DNA of 64,000 nucleotides from Balanoglossus misakiensis (taxonomy: Eukaryota > Animalia > Hemichordata), in contig CM082596.2 in assembly GCA_040954595.2 (NCBI GenBank), positions 9,008,361-9,072,360 on the forward strand, in the 5' to 3' direction. A model generated the notes under the pieces. The model was not told the origin of the DNA, made no database searches, and worked only from the letters and a program-made list of their open reading frames with translations. Within the stretch, counting starts at the first letter, position 1. Each line of letters begins with the position of its first letter. Position numbers and translations under genes: made by a program. Positions 25,601-38,978 of the stretch are shown piece by piece.

Positions 25601-26760
25601 GCAAAAGGCGTGCGCCGATTCAGCAATATATAGTATGGGGCCCCCATGGTAAGAGTCGCGTTCGACATCGTGGGACCTCTCCCTGTTACGGAACGAAAAA
25701 GTCGTTGGATACTAGTAGTGGGAGACTATTTCACTAAATGGATCGAATGCTACCCCATTCCAAACCAAGAGGCGACAACAGTAGCAGAAAAACTGGTGGA
25801 CGAGTTCATCTGCAGGTTCGGCATCCCCCGACAACTTCATTCTGATCAAGGGCGCAACTTTGAGTCAGCCGTGGTGACCGAGACGTGCAAGCTGCTAGGT
25901 ATAAACAAGACAAGAACGACCCCATACAACCCAAAGTCCGACGGTTACATAGAGCGTTTTAACAAGACACTCGTACAGACAGTATCAGTTTTAGTTGATC
26001 CAAGCCAAGAAGACTGGGACCTCGTCATCCCCTACGCTATGATGGCGTATAGAAGCTCAACGCAAGAAAGTACGGGTGAGACCCCGAACATGCTCATGTT
26101 GGGTCGCGAGTTACAACTGCCACTCGACTTGACACACGAACCGTTGCCGGAGCAGGCGGATATAAATACAGACTACGCACTCAAACTTCGGGAAAGACTG
26201 CAATGTGCCCAAGAGCGCGCACGAGACAAACTTCAGAAAAGTGCCATCTCCCAGAAACGTCATTATGAAGTCAATGTGCATGGCGGCCAGTTACAACCCG
26301 GCCAATTTGTCTGGTTGAAAGTCCAGGCATTCAAGCGAGGAAAGTCGAAAAAGATCACACTCCGGCAATGGGACGGTCCTTACCTCATAATCAACAAATT
26401 GGGCGAAGTTACGTTTCGCATACAACGCAGCCAATACTCCAAACCGAAAGTTGTACACTATGACAGGTTGAAACCCTACGAGGGCACCCAAGCGACTGAC
26501 TGGCGTGAGACAGTCAAAGACAAAAGTGAAGGTGACCAAGGCCAACTGGAGGCGGTGATTGCACAAAACATGGCCCAGCTGATAGTTACTCGACTTACGA
26601 TGAAGGCGATCCTGAGGTTGGTGACCTCTCGCCTGCTACAAAATATGACGATATACATCAAGAAGACGTGCCAAAAACGTCCGTCCCACTGTCATCCCCA
26701 CAGAGTCAGCGGTATCCAAGACGACAGCGTCAACCGCCAGAACGACTTGGTGGATACATA
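22610..26760 (+). pseudogene. pol: Pol polyprotein (protease, RT, RNase H, integrase), frameshifted in the integrase zinc-binding region
   Basis: FIDCGSEIT; RFCVDYR, MPFGLCNAPATFQ, YLDD; DTDAS...ERNY...TDH; H-x6-H zinc region shifted at about 25370 and 25570-25640; IN DIVGPLP, HSDQGRNFES, YIERFNKT, GPY. 3' end approximate. Confidence 0.93.
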
Positions 26761-27217
26761 TACCTGTGAGACGACAGTGACTGCTACTACTGGTGCTAGT
26801 ACTGTGTGGGACACACTTGTGCTTGCATATACCAGAATGAATTTCAATTTGATTAGTTTCCAAAAAGATAAAAAAAGAAAAAAAAAGAAAAAGAAATTAT
26901 ATATACATATCACACTCTTTCGGTGTTTCATTTGTCTGTTTGCTGTTCAAAGTTTTCAAGTACTTTCTCAAGGCCGGCTCCCATCCCGAAACAAGGTCAA
27001 CTGACGTCAACTTTTCCTGTTGCCACGCGACGAACTTGTGCCAGGGTAATTAAGCTAGCAGCCACGTGTGTCTAGCTAATTGGCACGAGTCAGAGCCGAA
27101 TTTTGGTGATCGAAAGGATAAAATGTTGCAGTTTTGGCCGCGTTTGTCACCCCTGGGTACTCTGTGGTTTTTACCGCAGTGCGTCCACGTCCAGCAGAAG
27201 GACAACATCTCTACAGT

Positions 27218-28069
27218 ATGCCTCGCCGAAGAAAAGCTTCAAGCACCACCACGAAACCGGTGCCGACCTTGCGAGACTACGAAATTGACGAGGAACAGCG
27301 GAGGGTGTGCACTGGTTGCCATCGAAAATTCCAGCACACCTACGAAGTCTATCAACATGTATGCACGGCCGACAACTTAATACGCCAGCGAGGCAAGAAA
27401 CTAAAGAAAACGGCGGGTGATAAAAAGTCCCCTGTACCGACGCTCCGTGAAGACGGGGACACATTGAAGCCGGCGGAGGATGCCATGAAGCAGATGGGCG
27501 ATGCCGAGGAGCGTCAACGGGCTGGCGACGGAAACAGCACTGCAGACGTGGGTACAACGTCTCCTTGCTGTTTAGAAGATGAAATCGGGATGGAGGGGGT
27601 CGATCCTTTGGGCGATCTGTATTCGACAGATTGCCCCCTGTTCACTGGCGGAAAAGTGGACGCCACAGGTGAATCGCACCTGCGGAAGGAATGGAGACTC
27701 ATTCCACTAGAGGGTCAGCGCCGATACGACCCACGGTTGACAGTCCATGGCCGAATTGGTGGGCTTGTGCGGTTCCCGTCAGGGTTTCTTCTGACCCTGT
27801 CGGCCGAGGTCGTCGATCGAGTGGTAGAAACCTACTCCACTCGTTGGTTCAACGGAGACCAGCCGACGACCGAGGTGGTCACCCAGCGAGTCTACTACAT
27901 GCGTGGAAACGAGTTCATCAACGGAGAGGTCGTGCCTGACCAAGGGAGAACGAGACCATGTCCAGCAAGAGCGAGAGCAGACCCGACTGAAGGCGCCCCA
28001 GGAAAACCAGCAGAAGTGAATTCGAAGACTGCCAAAAGAAAATTAGACTTTGACAGTATAGTTTATTGA
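27218..28069 (+). CDS. Accessory ORF3 of the Gypsy element (283 aa), CxxC-x12-HxC zinc-finger-like motif, basic NLS-like segments; not env-like
   Basis: Open frame 27134-28069 between IN and PPT; first ATG at 27218 directly after ...catctctacag; CTGCHRKFQHTYEVYQHVC; C-terminal KTAKRKLDF; no signal peptide or transmembrane stretch seen. Confidence 0.7.
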   Translation: MPRRRKASSTTTKPVPTLRDYEIDEEQRRVCTGCHRKFQHTYEVYQHVCTADNLIRQRGKKLKKTAGDKKSPVPTLREDGDTLKPAEDAMKQMGDAEERQRAGDGNSTADVGTTSPCCLEDEIGMEGVDPLGDLYSTDCPLFTGGKVDATGESHLRKEWRLIPLEGQRRYDPRLTVHGRIGGLVRFPSGFLLTLSAEVVDRVVETYSTRWFNGDQPTTEVVTQRVYYMRGNEFINGEVVPDQGRTRPCPARARADPTEGAPGKPAEVNSKTAKRKLDFDSIVY

Positions 28070-28303
28070 ACTTCGAACACAGAACAGAAACGATCACGGT
28101 GTGAATGTATTTCATGTTGGACTTAGTTTTTGGATATTGCAAGAAAACGCGACCATTCGTTAGATACGGACTTCTGGCATTTTGTGTGTGAAGTTATTGT
28201 AGTTTTGTATTTTCCTGTAACGCTGCATTAAGATTTTTGATATTCTGAAATTTTGAAATAGCTTTGACTTTGGATGGAACTTCAAAGTCCTAGTGGGGGG
28301 CTA

Positions 28304-28844
28304 TGTGACGGAACGGTCGGTCACCATGGTGATATAACTTTTGATTGACGGGGCCGTCTGCCTCCACATGGTAGACATGCATCTCTTTGATATACTCAGC
28401 ATTTGTAGGTCGAGCACATTATATTCGAAATAGGTCTCGACATGCGACATTACGTCATGTTCTAGATGAAAAGGACCCACATTTCGTGTCAGCTATTATT
28501 ATTTTAATTACTACCAGAAACGGCGCGAAATATGCAAATCAAAAGTTGGTAATTAGCCTAGTTTTGAGGGTTTTCAGTCAGAGTGGACCAAGACTTCGTT
28601 AGAGACAGACCGTGTGGTAAGCAGCCCTTTTGATGTGCGCTTATACGATATCTTCGTAATAAAGTTGAACTGTTGTAGTTCTAAAAGTATTTCGTTGTAT
28701 CGAGGTTGGTGTTCTTGTGGACTGTGGGTCGTTAAGCCCACGGATAGTACCACTCTCTCTCATAGTGCGACGCGAACCCAATTATTCGTAAATCTGAGAG
28801 ACAAACATAGCAGTTCTCCGATCCAGTGAGGAGCGACTGTTACA
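28304..28844 (+). repeat. 3' LTR, 541 bp
   Basis: tgtgac...gttaca; AATAAA at about 28658; followed by TSD tttg. Confidence 0.93.
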
Positions 28845-31764
28845 TTTGCTAGCTTTTTCACTTGAGTGCTGGTCATGCCCGACCCCTGCCGAGCAACGTT
28901 GGGAGAACTCGGCCACATGGAGAGGTCTCACATGGTCATATCTGAACAAATAACAAATAGTCTCCTAGGAATGTCATTAAAAGTTTTGACGAAAGTCATC
29001 CGATTTTATTCATATGTCCTCAAATTACACGTTTTTACACCGTAATTTGCAAACATCCCATGTCAAAACTACAAATTATTGTTTTACTCCAATGCTTTTT
29101 ACACTGAGAAAATAGTAAAGCCTCTGTCAGTGATTATAGTCAGTTATTATCATGTCCTCTTGTTCTCACTGATTATGCATATTATGTCTATCTTAATCAG
29201 TAAAGACGCACACATACTTTATAAAAAAGCTTTTTTATATGTATTTGTTCATATCATGAGGCATTTTGGGATGCACCCTGATATATTATTTGTACACTAT
29301 TTTATTGATACTGTAAAATCCGTCAATTAAGCTCCACCAATGTTCGGTGCCGGGCAGAACCGACTTTGTTACATTTATCGCTTGATAAGTGCCAGCAAAA
29401 GACAGTCGCATGGGGGTTGTTTGTTTCTACCCAATCTTGTTTGCAACTGTGGCAAAAGACTAGAAAATCTTAACAACATCCTGACAACAATGGAAATGTG
29501 CATGATATATGTAAGCATTGTCGGTTTTTGAAACATTGTTGCAATGTGTCAGTAAGTTGGATACATTGTATCAAATAAACATTTTGCATATGAATAAACT
29601 TGTTACCCCAAGAAGGAAAGTGCAGTGGCCAATTATAAGCACCACCTGGGACACTTCACTGAAGGGTGTATAGTGGAGCTTACCTGAGGGAAAACACAGT
29701 AAGCGTCTCGTAGAAACCAACACTTTACCTCTGTCTTGTGGACAGCAACAGGCGATAAATATCGTCCAGTTTAATCGAATATGTGTAGTGAAGTTTTTGG
29801 ATGCATTTCACCGTGTCCAGGTGATAAAATAAACACCTTCTCCGCATCTGACAAAAAGAAAATCTATGCAGTAGACTGCACATGTGCCATATATGCATTT
29901 GTCTTTGTCAGTGGCAGCTCTCGATTTTTCACCCGGACACAATGAATCCCCAAAAGACAGGTCAAAGAGAGAAGTCAACACAAAGTGTGAATAACAGTCA
30001 GTTATATATATTTACATCATTGTAAAATTTCCTAATATTGCAGCCAATTACAATTTTGTAGTTTCTGCTGAAATCAAGGATATTTTTTGTTATAAATTAT
30101 TAATACGGTAATGTGGGTTTTGTATAATTTGCACAAGACAAATTTTGAGATACCGCAACAAAATGACAAGATAATGTATCTACAATTTAAGTGTGCATAC
30201 ACTCGAAGTACATGTATGCTTTTAACCCTTTTCAGCCTGACCACCTGAGGACCTGTGATGTCATTTGAAAGTTTTCTTCAAAGTCAAGGGCAAAGGGGAA
30301 TACCGGGGAATACAAAACAATGTACACCCTAGCAAGTTGTAAACAAGGACGGTCGAAAATTCGCTTCCACGGCAACAAAACACACTTTGCTCTGAATAAT
30401 TAAAAAAATACTGCACTACAGAGAGTTGGGGACACTCGCGAAGAAGTAGACGATCACCTATGTACAAAATTGGGAAAGGTCAAAGATCATGTGCCATCTA
30501 CGAGGAACCAGCTTTGATGATCTTGAATAATGCTTGGATGTTGTTGTTTTTAACGGCCGACCGGCACGAATTAATGACTTGTGTCTTGTATTTACCCACT
30601 GTGCAGAAAAACAAACAAATTTAAACAATAGTAAAATTCAAAAGTAACTGACATCACCGCTGAGTGAAAGGAGGGCACTACAGAATAAATCATTGCCAGA
30701 AATAGTAAACAAGTCTTCGATAAATGTACCATTTTTAGAAATATGTGTACCAATTCATCCTACAAGATGAACCACAGCTATTACAGTATAGACCAATATT
30801 ACAGAGAATTTAGAACGATGATGACAGTATGCCGCAATGTATTCTAGGAATAAGTTTATAAATTTGTTCCTGAATTTTACTGTGTCAGTTGTAATACGGT
30901 GGCCGATACCGACACTCCTCTGCTATGCTAAGTCGGCCTCCTCTGCTATGCTAATTCCTGCGATGCTATGCTAATTCCTGCGATGCTATGCTAATTCCTG
31001 CGATGCTATGCTAAGTCCTGCGATGCTAACTGAATCTGATCTGCTGTCGACCTCCTCTGCTATGCTATGTCGATCTGCGATGCTATGCTAATTCCTGCGA
31101 TGCTATGCTTATTCCTGCGATGCTATGCTAAGTCCTGCGATGCTAACTTAACCGGAAGTACTGGAGTACATTTTTACGAACAAACATACGCTCGTCTCAC
31201 GGACTTGGTGAAGTTGTTATTTGGACGGCCGGAGAACTGAGAAAGCGGTAAGTGATAATAGAAATAACATCTGAATATCTTATCCATAACATTTGTTTCG
31301 AAGATACGGATTTTGTAGGCGGCAACAAGCCGACAACCTCTGCAATTAGAGGCGATCGTTTCCCCACTTTCCAATCCTTGAAATCAAGACTTCATTTGCG
31401 GTCCTACTAATTACTGCCTGTCACTGCCCATCATTTTCTGTGGAAATTGGCTGATCAGTTAAGCCCAATATATGATGAAATTAATATTCGCGTATCAGTG
31501 GCCTCTCTCGATATTGCAAAAATTTCAACTCGCAAAAAATAACATGTTTTACAGTATTAGAGTTTACCGTCTTTGGTGGAGAAGTCTATTTGTTTTGACA
31601 TAACAGATTAATTTTGGTTGCCTGAGTTGAAGTTGCAAATTTATAGAGTTAACTATGTTCACAATTTTTCCTTATCATGGTATGTTTTCCTCATGGCTAA
31701 AGCAAATAGTTGTTTAGTGAATGCTTCCTGTGTGTCTTATACGAGAGCCACTTTCCTTTTACAG

Positions 31765-31964
31765 GTGGTGTTGATTGTCTACAACTAATACAATGTAACA
31801 TTGACGATCTGGACGTACACGTATGTTCACCTTATTATGTGGTCGACTGTCAGCTAGATGAATATCTACATCACATTATGATGGATGATTTGCTATTGCC
31901 AGCCAGGAATCCATTAGATGCTGAAGCTCTCTACCTGACACTTTTGGAAAGATTAACAGACTGA
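31765..31964 (+). pseudogene. Last exon remnant of a probable IS3EU transposase
   Basis: Splice acceptor ttttacag then ...YLHHIMMDDLLLPARNPLDAEALYLTL*, resembling as recalled the C-terminus of IS3EU integrase-core transposases; inverted second copy at 38201-38400. Confidence 0.45.
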
Positions 31965-33965
31965 ATCACAGTACTAGAAATATCCCACGATTCATTCCGA
32001 TATGTACCATCAGAGATTCCTCAGTCAAACCAATTGTGTATTTTGTGAATGGTGACTATAGTTTTCTTTGGTGTTCAAAGGGTTAATTATATGCAAGTTA
32101 AAGTGCTAAAAAATAGTTTGTAAATGGAAGTAGTAAAGAAAATGTATTATCATTTCAATGCATGTACTCGGTGTTAAGTAACTTGTTGGGCAAATGGACA
32201 AGTATAATATGAGGATTTTTTCCCCTGCACAATACAGAAAGATGTCCTGCAGTTATTTGTGATACTTCAGTTCATTATGATTATTAGGCAAGTTTTAAAG
32301 CAAAAGTAAAATTTCATCACAATTGCATGTGACGTCACCATGAGGTTACACACTGTGGAGGTCAACTTGTCTTCTCAAGGCGGAACAAGTTGTGTTTATT
32401 TTGCGTGCTGCCATTACCCAAGGTCCTAAAAATATAGCGAGTATTTAGATTCAATAGTAATCTTTCAGCCACCAAGTCGTCATTTCTGTATCTACTTTGG
32501 TTTTGGAGTAATTCCACACTGAATCGAGTCTCAAACCAGTCATTAGTAACTCAACATGTTTCGTTTAGCTTAACATAGAATAAAATGACAAACTCACGTA
32601 AACCAAAATCTGAAGTGTCTGTGTGTGTTTTTTTTTTACTTTTACAACTTATAACCTAGAACCTGTGAAAAGTACGGTGTTCAGTGCTGTGTATGGCGAA
32701 TGGTGGGTAGAATATTGTACTCTGTGAATGACACACTTCACATGAAATATTTAAGTTTTCACCAAGTTTATTTTATCATGGTTGCCAATAAAGTACACTT
32801 GTAACAAAGTCAACTGTTTTTACAGATTTTATGCATGGTGGGTCTTGGTCCATTGGCCACTTGCCGAGCTGTGGGTTACACACACCTGTATGTAAATTAA
32901 ATAAAACACTGAGAATTTATTCTGGCAACAATTCATTGAAAATAGATATTCACATTTTTAACACACATGGTCCTTGAATTCAACTAAAAACACCAAAAAA
33001 ATTCATAAGAATATATGCCTAAAAACAAAACAAAAAATTAATCACCTTGATTTCTAGTTTAGAATAGGTGTTACTATGGTAACAAATTGTTTTCATCTTT
33101 CTAAACCAAAGATGAAATAATAGCCAATGGTGATTATCTGAGATATCTGCGCATTTGACTGACATGCAAGCTTTTCAAACATAACAATGCACACACAGAC
33201 CATGACTTTACTGAAGTAGAGTGGAGCTATCAAAATGTACACACTCAAAAGGTAAATAAAACTTTGTTTTTGTTCGTCAGTTGACTTGTTTAGCCCTGGT
33301 TAATGCTAACAACACACAGGTGGTATTTGGGTACACGCGCCTGAGGAAACGATCGCACCGTTTGTAACCTCTAATTGCAGAGGTTGTCGCCGCCTACAAA
33401 ATCCGTATCTTCGAAACAAATGTTATGGATAAGATATTCAGATGTTATTTCTATTATCACTTACCGCTTTCTCAGTTCTCCGGCCGTCCAAATAACAACT
33501 TCACCAAGTCCGTGAGACGAGCGTATGTTTGTTCGTAAAAATGTACTCCAGTACTTCCGGTTAAGTTAGCATCGCAGGACTTAGCATAGCATCGCAGGAA
33601 TAAGCATAGCATCGCAGGAATTAGCATAGCATCGCAGGAATAAGCATAGCATCGCAGGAATTAGCATAGCATCGCAGATTGACATAGCATAGCAGAGGAG
33701 GTCGACAGCAGATCAGATTCAGTTAGCATCGCAGGACTTAGCATAGCATCGCAGGAATAAGCATAGCATCGCAGGAATTAGCATAGCATCGCAGATCGAC
33801 ATAGCATAGCAGAGGAGGTCGACAGCAGATCAGATTCAGTTAGCATCGCAGGACTTAGCATAGCATCGCAGGAATTAGCATAGCATCGCAGGAATTAGCA
33901 TAGCAGAGGAGGACTTAGCATAGCAGAGGAGGCCGACTTAGCATAGCAGAGGAGTGTCGGTATCG

Positions 33966-35533
33966 TACGGTGGCCGAAACCGACACTCCTCTGCTATGCT
34001 AAGTCGGCCTCCTCTGCTATGCTAAGTCCTCCTCTGCTATGCTAATTCCTCCTCTGCTATGCTAAGTCCTGCGATGCTATGCTAATTCCTGCGATGCTAA
34101 CTGAATCCGATCTGCTGCCGACCTCCTCTGCTATGCTATGTCGATCTGCGATGCTATGCTAAGTCCTGCGATGCTATGCTAATTCCTGCGATGCTAACTG
34201 AATCTGATCAGCTGTCGACCTCCTCTGCTATGCTATGTCGATCTGCGATGCTATGCTAAGTCCTGCGATGCTAACTTAACCGGAAGTACTGGAGTACATT
34301 TTTACGAACAAACATACGCTCGTCTCACATGCGGCCGGACTTGCTGTTTGGCGACTGATTTGGGCGAGCGGAGAAAGCATTAAGTGATAATAGAAATAAT
34401 ATATGAATATCTTATCCATAAAATTTGTTTCGAAGATACGGATTTTGTAGGCGGCGACAACGTCTGCAATTGGAGGCGATCGTTTCCCCACTTTCCAATC
34501 CTAGAAATCAAGACTTCATTTGCGGTCCTACTAATTACTGCCTGTAGCTGCCCGTCATTTTCTGTGGAAATTGGCTGATCAGTTTAGCCCAATATGATGT
34601 AATAAATATCGTGAATGATTTTTCAAGGAGTCTTTTTTCTTAGACTGACTATTGGCTAAACGTTATATTTAGAGGTTAAACGGCTGCCAGAGGGTATTTG
34701 GGTGCAGGACCTCTCATGTGAAAATTAGCATACATTTTACTGTTGGGAGATGAATAAAGACAAAAGACAGCTTACAAGTCACAGAAACAGAGGGATCCAT
34801 TAGTTTCATGACTTTATTATAATATGCTTGGTGTGAATCCTGCTTGCTGATTGGCAAGAGCCAGGGTTTATATTCTCGCAAAAAAATGGACCAAGAACAG
34901 TGAATAATTTAGAAATGGAACACATACAAGAGAACACACTTTATTCAAGTTACTGGATGTGGGATAACATGGATAAAGTCGTGCGACTTTAGAAATTCTA
35001 TAACACTTCGCTCGGTGATTATTTCCCGCCAAATATGCTATGGGGAAACGATCGCCTCTAATTGCAGACGTTGTCGCCGGCTACAAAATCCGTATCTTCG
35101 AAACAAATATGGATAAGATATTCTTTCTCCGCTCGCCCAAATCAGTCGCCAAACAGCAAGTCCGGCCGCATGTGAGACGAGCGTATGTTTGTTCGTAAAA
35201 ATGTACTACAGTACTTCCGGTTAAGTTAGCATCGCAGGACTTAGCATAGCATCGCAGATCGACATAGCATAGCAGAGGAGGTCGACAGCTGATCAGATTC
35301 AGTTAGCATCGCAGGAATTAGCATAGCATCGCAGGACTTACATAGCATCGCAGATCGACATAGCATAGCAGAGGAGGTCGACAGCAGATCGGATTCAGTT
35401 AGCATCGCAGGAATTAGCATAGCATCGCAGGACTTAGCATAGCAGAGGAGGAATTAGCATAGCAGAGGAGGACTTAGCATAGCAGAGGAGGCCGACTTAG
35501 CATAGCAGAGGAGTGTCGGTATCGTCCACCGTA
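33966..35533. mobile_element. IS3EU-type copy B inserted 9 bp from the tip of copy A's right TIR
   Basis: TACGGTGGCC...CCACCGTA with 6-bp TSD gtatcg (33960-33965 and 35534-35539). Confidence 0.8.
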
Positions 35534-35578
35534 GTATCGGCCACCGTAGTATCGGCCACCGTAGTTGTAAAGTTTAAA

Positions 35579-38500
35579 TACGGTTGACGATACCGACACT
35601 CCTCTGCTAACTTAATCTAGCTGCTCTGCTAACTATACCTGCTTTGCTGTCGACCTGCTCAGCTATGCTATTTCTGCTCTCCTGAGTTAATCTGCTCTGC
35701 TATGCTATTTCTGCTCTCCTGAGTTAATCTGCTCTGCTATGCTATTTCTGCTCTCCTGAGTTAATCTGCTCTGCTATGCTATTTCTGCTCTCCTGAGTTA
35801 ATCTGCTCTGCTATGCTATTTCTGCTCTCCTGAGTTAACCGGAAGTACTGGAGTACATTTTTACGAACAAACATACGCTCGTCTCACGGACTTGCTGAAG
35901 TTGTTATATACTCGGACACTGATTTGGACGGCTGGAGAATGGAGAAAGTGGTAAGTGATAATAGAAATAACATCTGAATATCTTATCCATAAAATTTGTT
36001 TCGAAGATACGGATTTTGTAGGCGGCGACAACGTCTGCAATTAGAGGTTATAAACGGTGCGATCGTTTCCCCACGTTCCAATCCTTGAAATCAAGACTTG
36101 GTTTCACCCAATACCACCTGTGTGTTGTTAGCATTAACCAGTGCTAAACAAGTCAACTGACGAACAAAAACTAAGTTTTATTTACCTTTTGATTATGTAC
36201 ATTTTGATAGCTCCACTCTACTTCAGTAAAGTCATGGTGTGTGTGTGCATTGTTATGTTTGAAAAGCTTGCATGTCAGTCAAATGCGCAGATATCTCAGA
36301 TAATCACTATTGGCTATTATTTCATCTTTGGTTTTGAAAGATGAAAACAATTTGTTACCATAGTAACACCTATTCCAAACTGGAAATCAAGGTGATTAAT
36401 TTTTTGTTTTGTTTTTAAGCATATGTGCTTTGGAATTTGTTTGGTGTTTTTAGTTGAATTAAAGGACCATGTGTGTTAAAAATGTGAATATCTATTTTCA
36501 ATGAATTGTTGCCAGAATTGGTAATATAATAAATTCTCAGTCTTTTATTTTATTTACATACAGGTATGAGTAACTCACAGCTCGGCGAGTGGCCAATGGA
36601 CCAAGACCCACCATGCATAAAATATGTAAAAACAGTTGACTTTGTTCCAGAGTACAATATTCTACCCACCATTCGCCATGATTTGTATAATCAAAGGTTG
36701 CCATCTTAATATCTTTTTCTGTTTAACATAGTAACAATGATAAGTTGAGGAATTAGAGGGAAAATTTCAAATACAGTATCAAAATTTAAAAGCCTTAGAA
36801 ATCAAAGTATTCATGTACTGCAAATGTCGCACTTTGGAGGAAACAAGCAAATGACTGAGGTGGCCAGTCTCTGTTGAAAGTTAACATTTAAATTTCTTTT
36901 GTTCTGTCAATAGTAAATATCAGTATCTTTTTGTTTGACTAAGGTGTCCCTGTTTTACTTCAAACTTTTCTGTACAGTTGAGCAACCAAGCCTAATTTGC
37001 ATACAGTCAATTAAAGCCCCAGTATTTCTCGTGTGTATCCATTTTTCATCATCGAAAAATGCCTGTTTTTCCTGTACATTCATCATGGAATACTACATAA
37101 TGAAGATAGGAGAAAGGTTTGGGCAACTGTAGCTACGTGCAAGCTGTAAATATTGCCCGTAACACTTGAAATGATGCGCGGGTTTGTTTACAACGGAAAT
37201 GTTGTACATGTCGATCAGCAAACTTTGACATTTGATGGTCAGACCATTTTCGGATTTGATCTGGTTCCATCGACTGATTTCTCCCATAAAGTTATCTTCC
37301 CAAAATTTCGCCGAATTAGTGCGCATTTCTTCGCTGAGTCGCTTGATTTGGGGCGACCAAACCTCTTCCGCATAGATTCACATTTGAGTGCGCATGCGCA
37401 CTAGTCACGTGTGTCAACACTCACGTGACTTTCTGTCCGGACAGAAAGTCATTCTTCACTCGTTATATTGTAAATTGTATGAGTTTATGAGCAGAGCTGG
37501 GGATGATGACTGTTCGATTCAGTATCAATTATCATCTTCTTTTAGAAATTATAGATGCCGTTTCAAACAAAATTTTGCCCCTACGAGAAATACTGAGGCT
37601 TTAACTGAGCTGCATCTGTTAATTTTGAATGAGGAGATACACAGCACTGAACACCGTACTTTTCACAGGTTCTAGGTTATAAGTTGTAAAAGTAAAAAAA
37701 ACCCACTCATAGACACTTCAGTTTTTGGTTTACATGAGCTTGTCATTTTATTCTATGTTAAGCTAAACGAAACATGTTGAGTTACTGATGACTGGTTTGA
37801 GACTCAGTTCAATGTGGAATTACTCCAAAACCAAAGCAGATACAGAAATGACGACTTAGTGGCTGAAAGATTACTATTGAATCTAAATAACCGGATACTC
37901 GCTATATTTTTAGGACCTTGGGTAATGGCAGCACGCAAAATAAACACAACTTGTTCCGCCTTGAGAAGACAAGTTGACCTCCACAGTGTGTAACCTCACG
38001 GTGAGGTCACATGCAATTGTGATGAAATTTTACTTTTACTTTAAAACTTGCCTAATAATCATTTTTACTTGCATATAATTAACCCTTTGAACACAACAAA
38101 AAACTATAGTCACCATTCACAAAATACACAATTGGTTTGACTGAGGAATCTCTGATGGTACAAATCGGAATGAATCATGGGATATTTCTAGTACTGTGAT
38201 TCAGTCTGTTAATCTTTCCAAAAGTGTCAGGTAGAGAGCTTCAGCATCTGATGGATTCCTGGCTGGCAATAGCAAATCGTCCATCATAATGTGATGTAGA
38301 TATTCATCTAGCTGACAGTCGCCCACATAATTAGGTGAACATACGTGTACGTCCAGTTCTTCAATGTTACATTGTATTGGTTGTAGACAATCAACACCAC
38401 CTGTAAAAGGAAAGTGGCTCTCGTATAAGACACACAGGAAGCATTCACTAAACAACGATTTACTTTAGCCATGAGGAAAACATACCATAATAAGGAAAAA

Positions 38501-38978
38501 TTGTGAACATAGTTAACTCTATAAATTTGCAACTTCAACTCAGCCAACCCAAATTAATCTGTTATGTCAAAACAAATAGACTTCTCCACCAAAGACGGTA
38601 AACTCTAATACTGTAAAACATGTTATTTTCGCGAGTTGAAATTTTCGCAATATCGAGAGAGGCCACTGTTACGCGAATATTAATTTCATCATATTGGGCT
38701 AAACTGATCAGCCAATTTCCACAGGAAATGATGGGCAGCGACAGGCAATAATTAGTAGGACCGCAAATGAAGTCTTGATTTCAAGGATTGGAAAGTGGGG
38801 AAACGATCGCCTCTAATTGCAGACGTTGTCGCCGCCTACAAAATCCGTATCTTCGAAACAAATTTTATGGGTAAGATATTCAGATGTTATTTCTATTATC
38901 ACTTACCACTTTCTCCGTTCTCCGGCCGTCCAAATCAGTGTCCGAGTATATAACTACTTCAGCAAGTCCGTGAGACGA
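35579..38978 (-). mobile_element. IS3EU-type copy C, inverted relative to A, distal TIR truncated
   Basis: Starts tacggttgacgataccgacac; 37-bp repeats at 35662-35838; internal sequence is the reverse complement of about 31190-33560 plus about 950 bp extra; breaks off at ...gtgagacgag. Confidence 0.75.

Larger units (their letters stand above)
21375..28844 (+). mobile_element. Gypsy (Ty3/Metaviridae) LTR retrotransposon with an internal deletion at the 5' LTR/PBS/gag start
   Basis: TG...CA termini, TTTG TSD (21371-21374, 28845-28848), purine-rich PPT agtgggggg before the 3' LTR, domain order PR-RT-RH-IN. Confidence 0.95.
30895..35563 (+). mobile_element. Non-autonomous IS3EU-type DNA transposon (copy A) with long minisatellite-containing TIRs, hosting copy B
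   Basis: Termini TACGGTGGCC / GGCCACCGTA; gttgtaa duplicated at 30888-30894 and 35564-35570; TIRs of about 450-600 bp built on 20-bp gctatgctaattcctgcgat repeats. Confidence 0.75.

Noticed and set aside
27134-28069. Retroviral-type env
   Set aside because: No signal peptide, fusion peptide or TM anchor visible.
30895-35840. Telomere-like or CRISPR-like 20-bp repeats
   Set aside because: They are symmetric components of transposon TIRs with no unique spacers.
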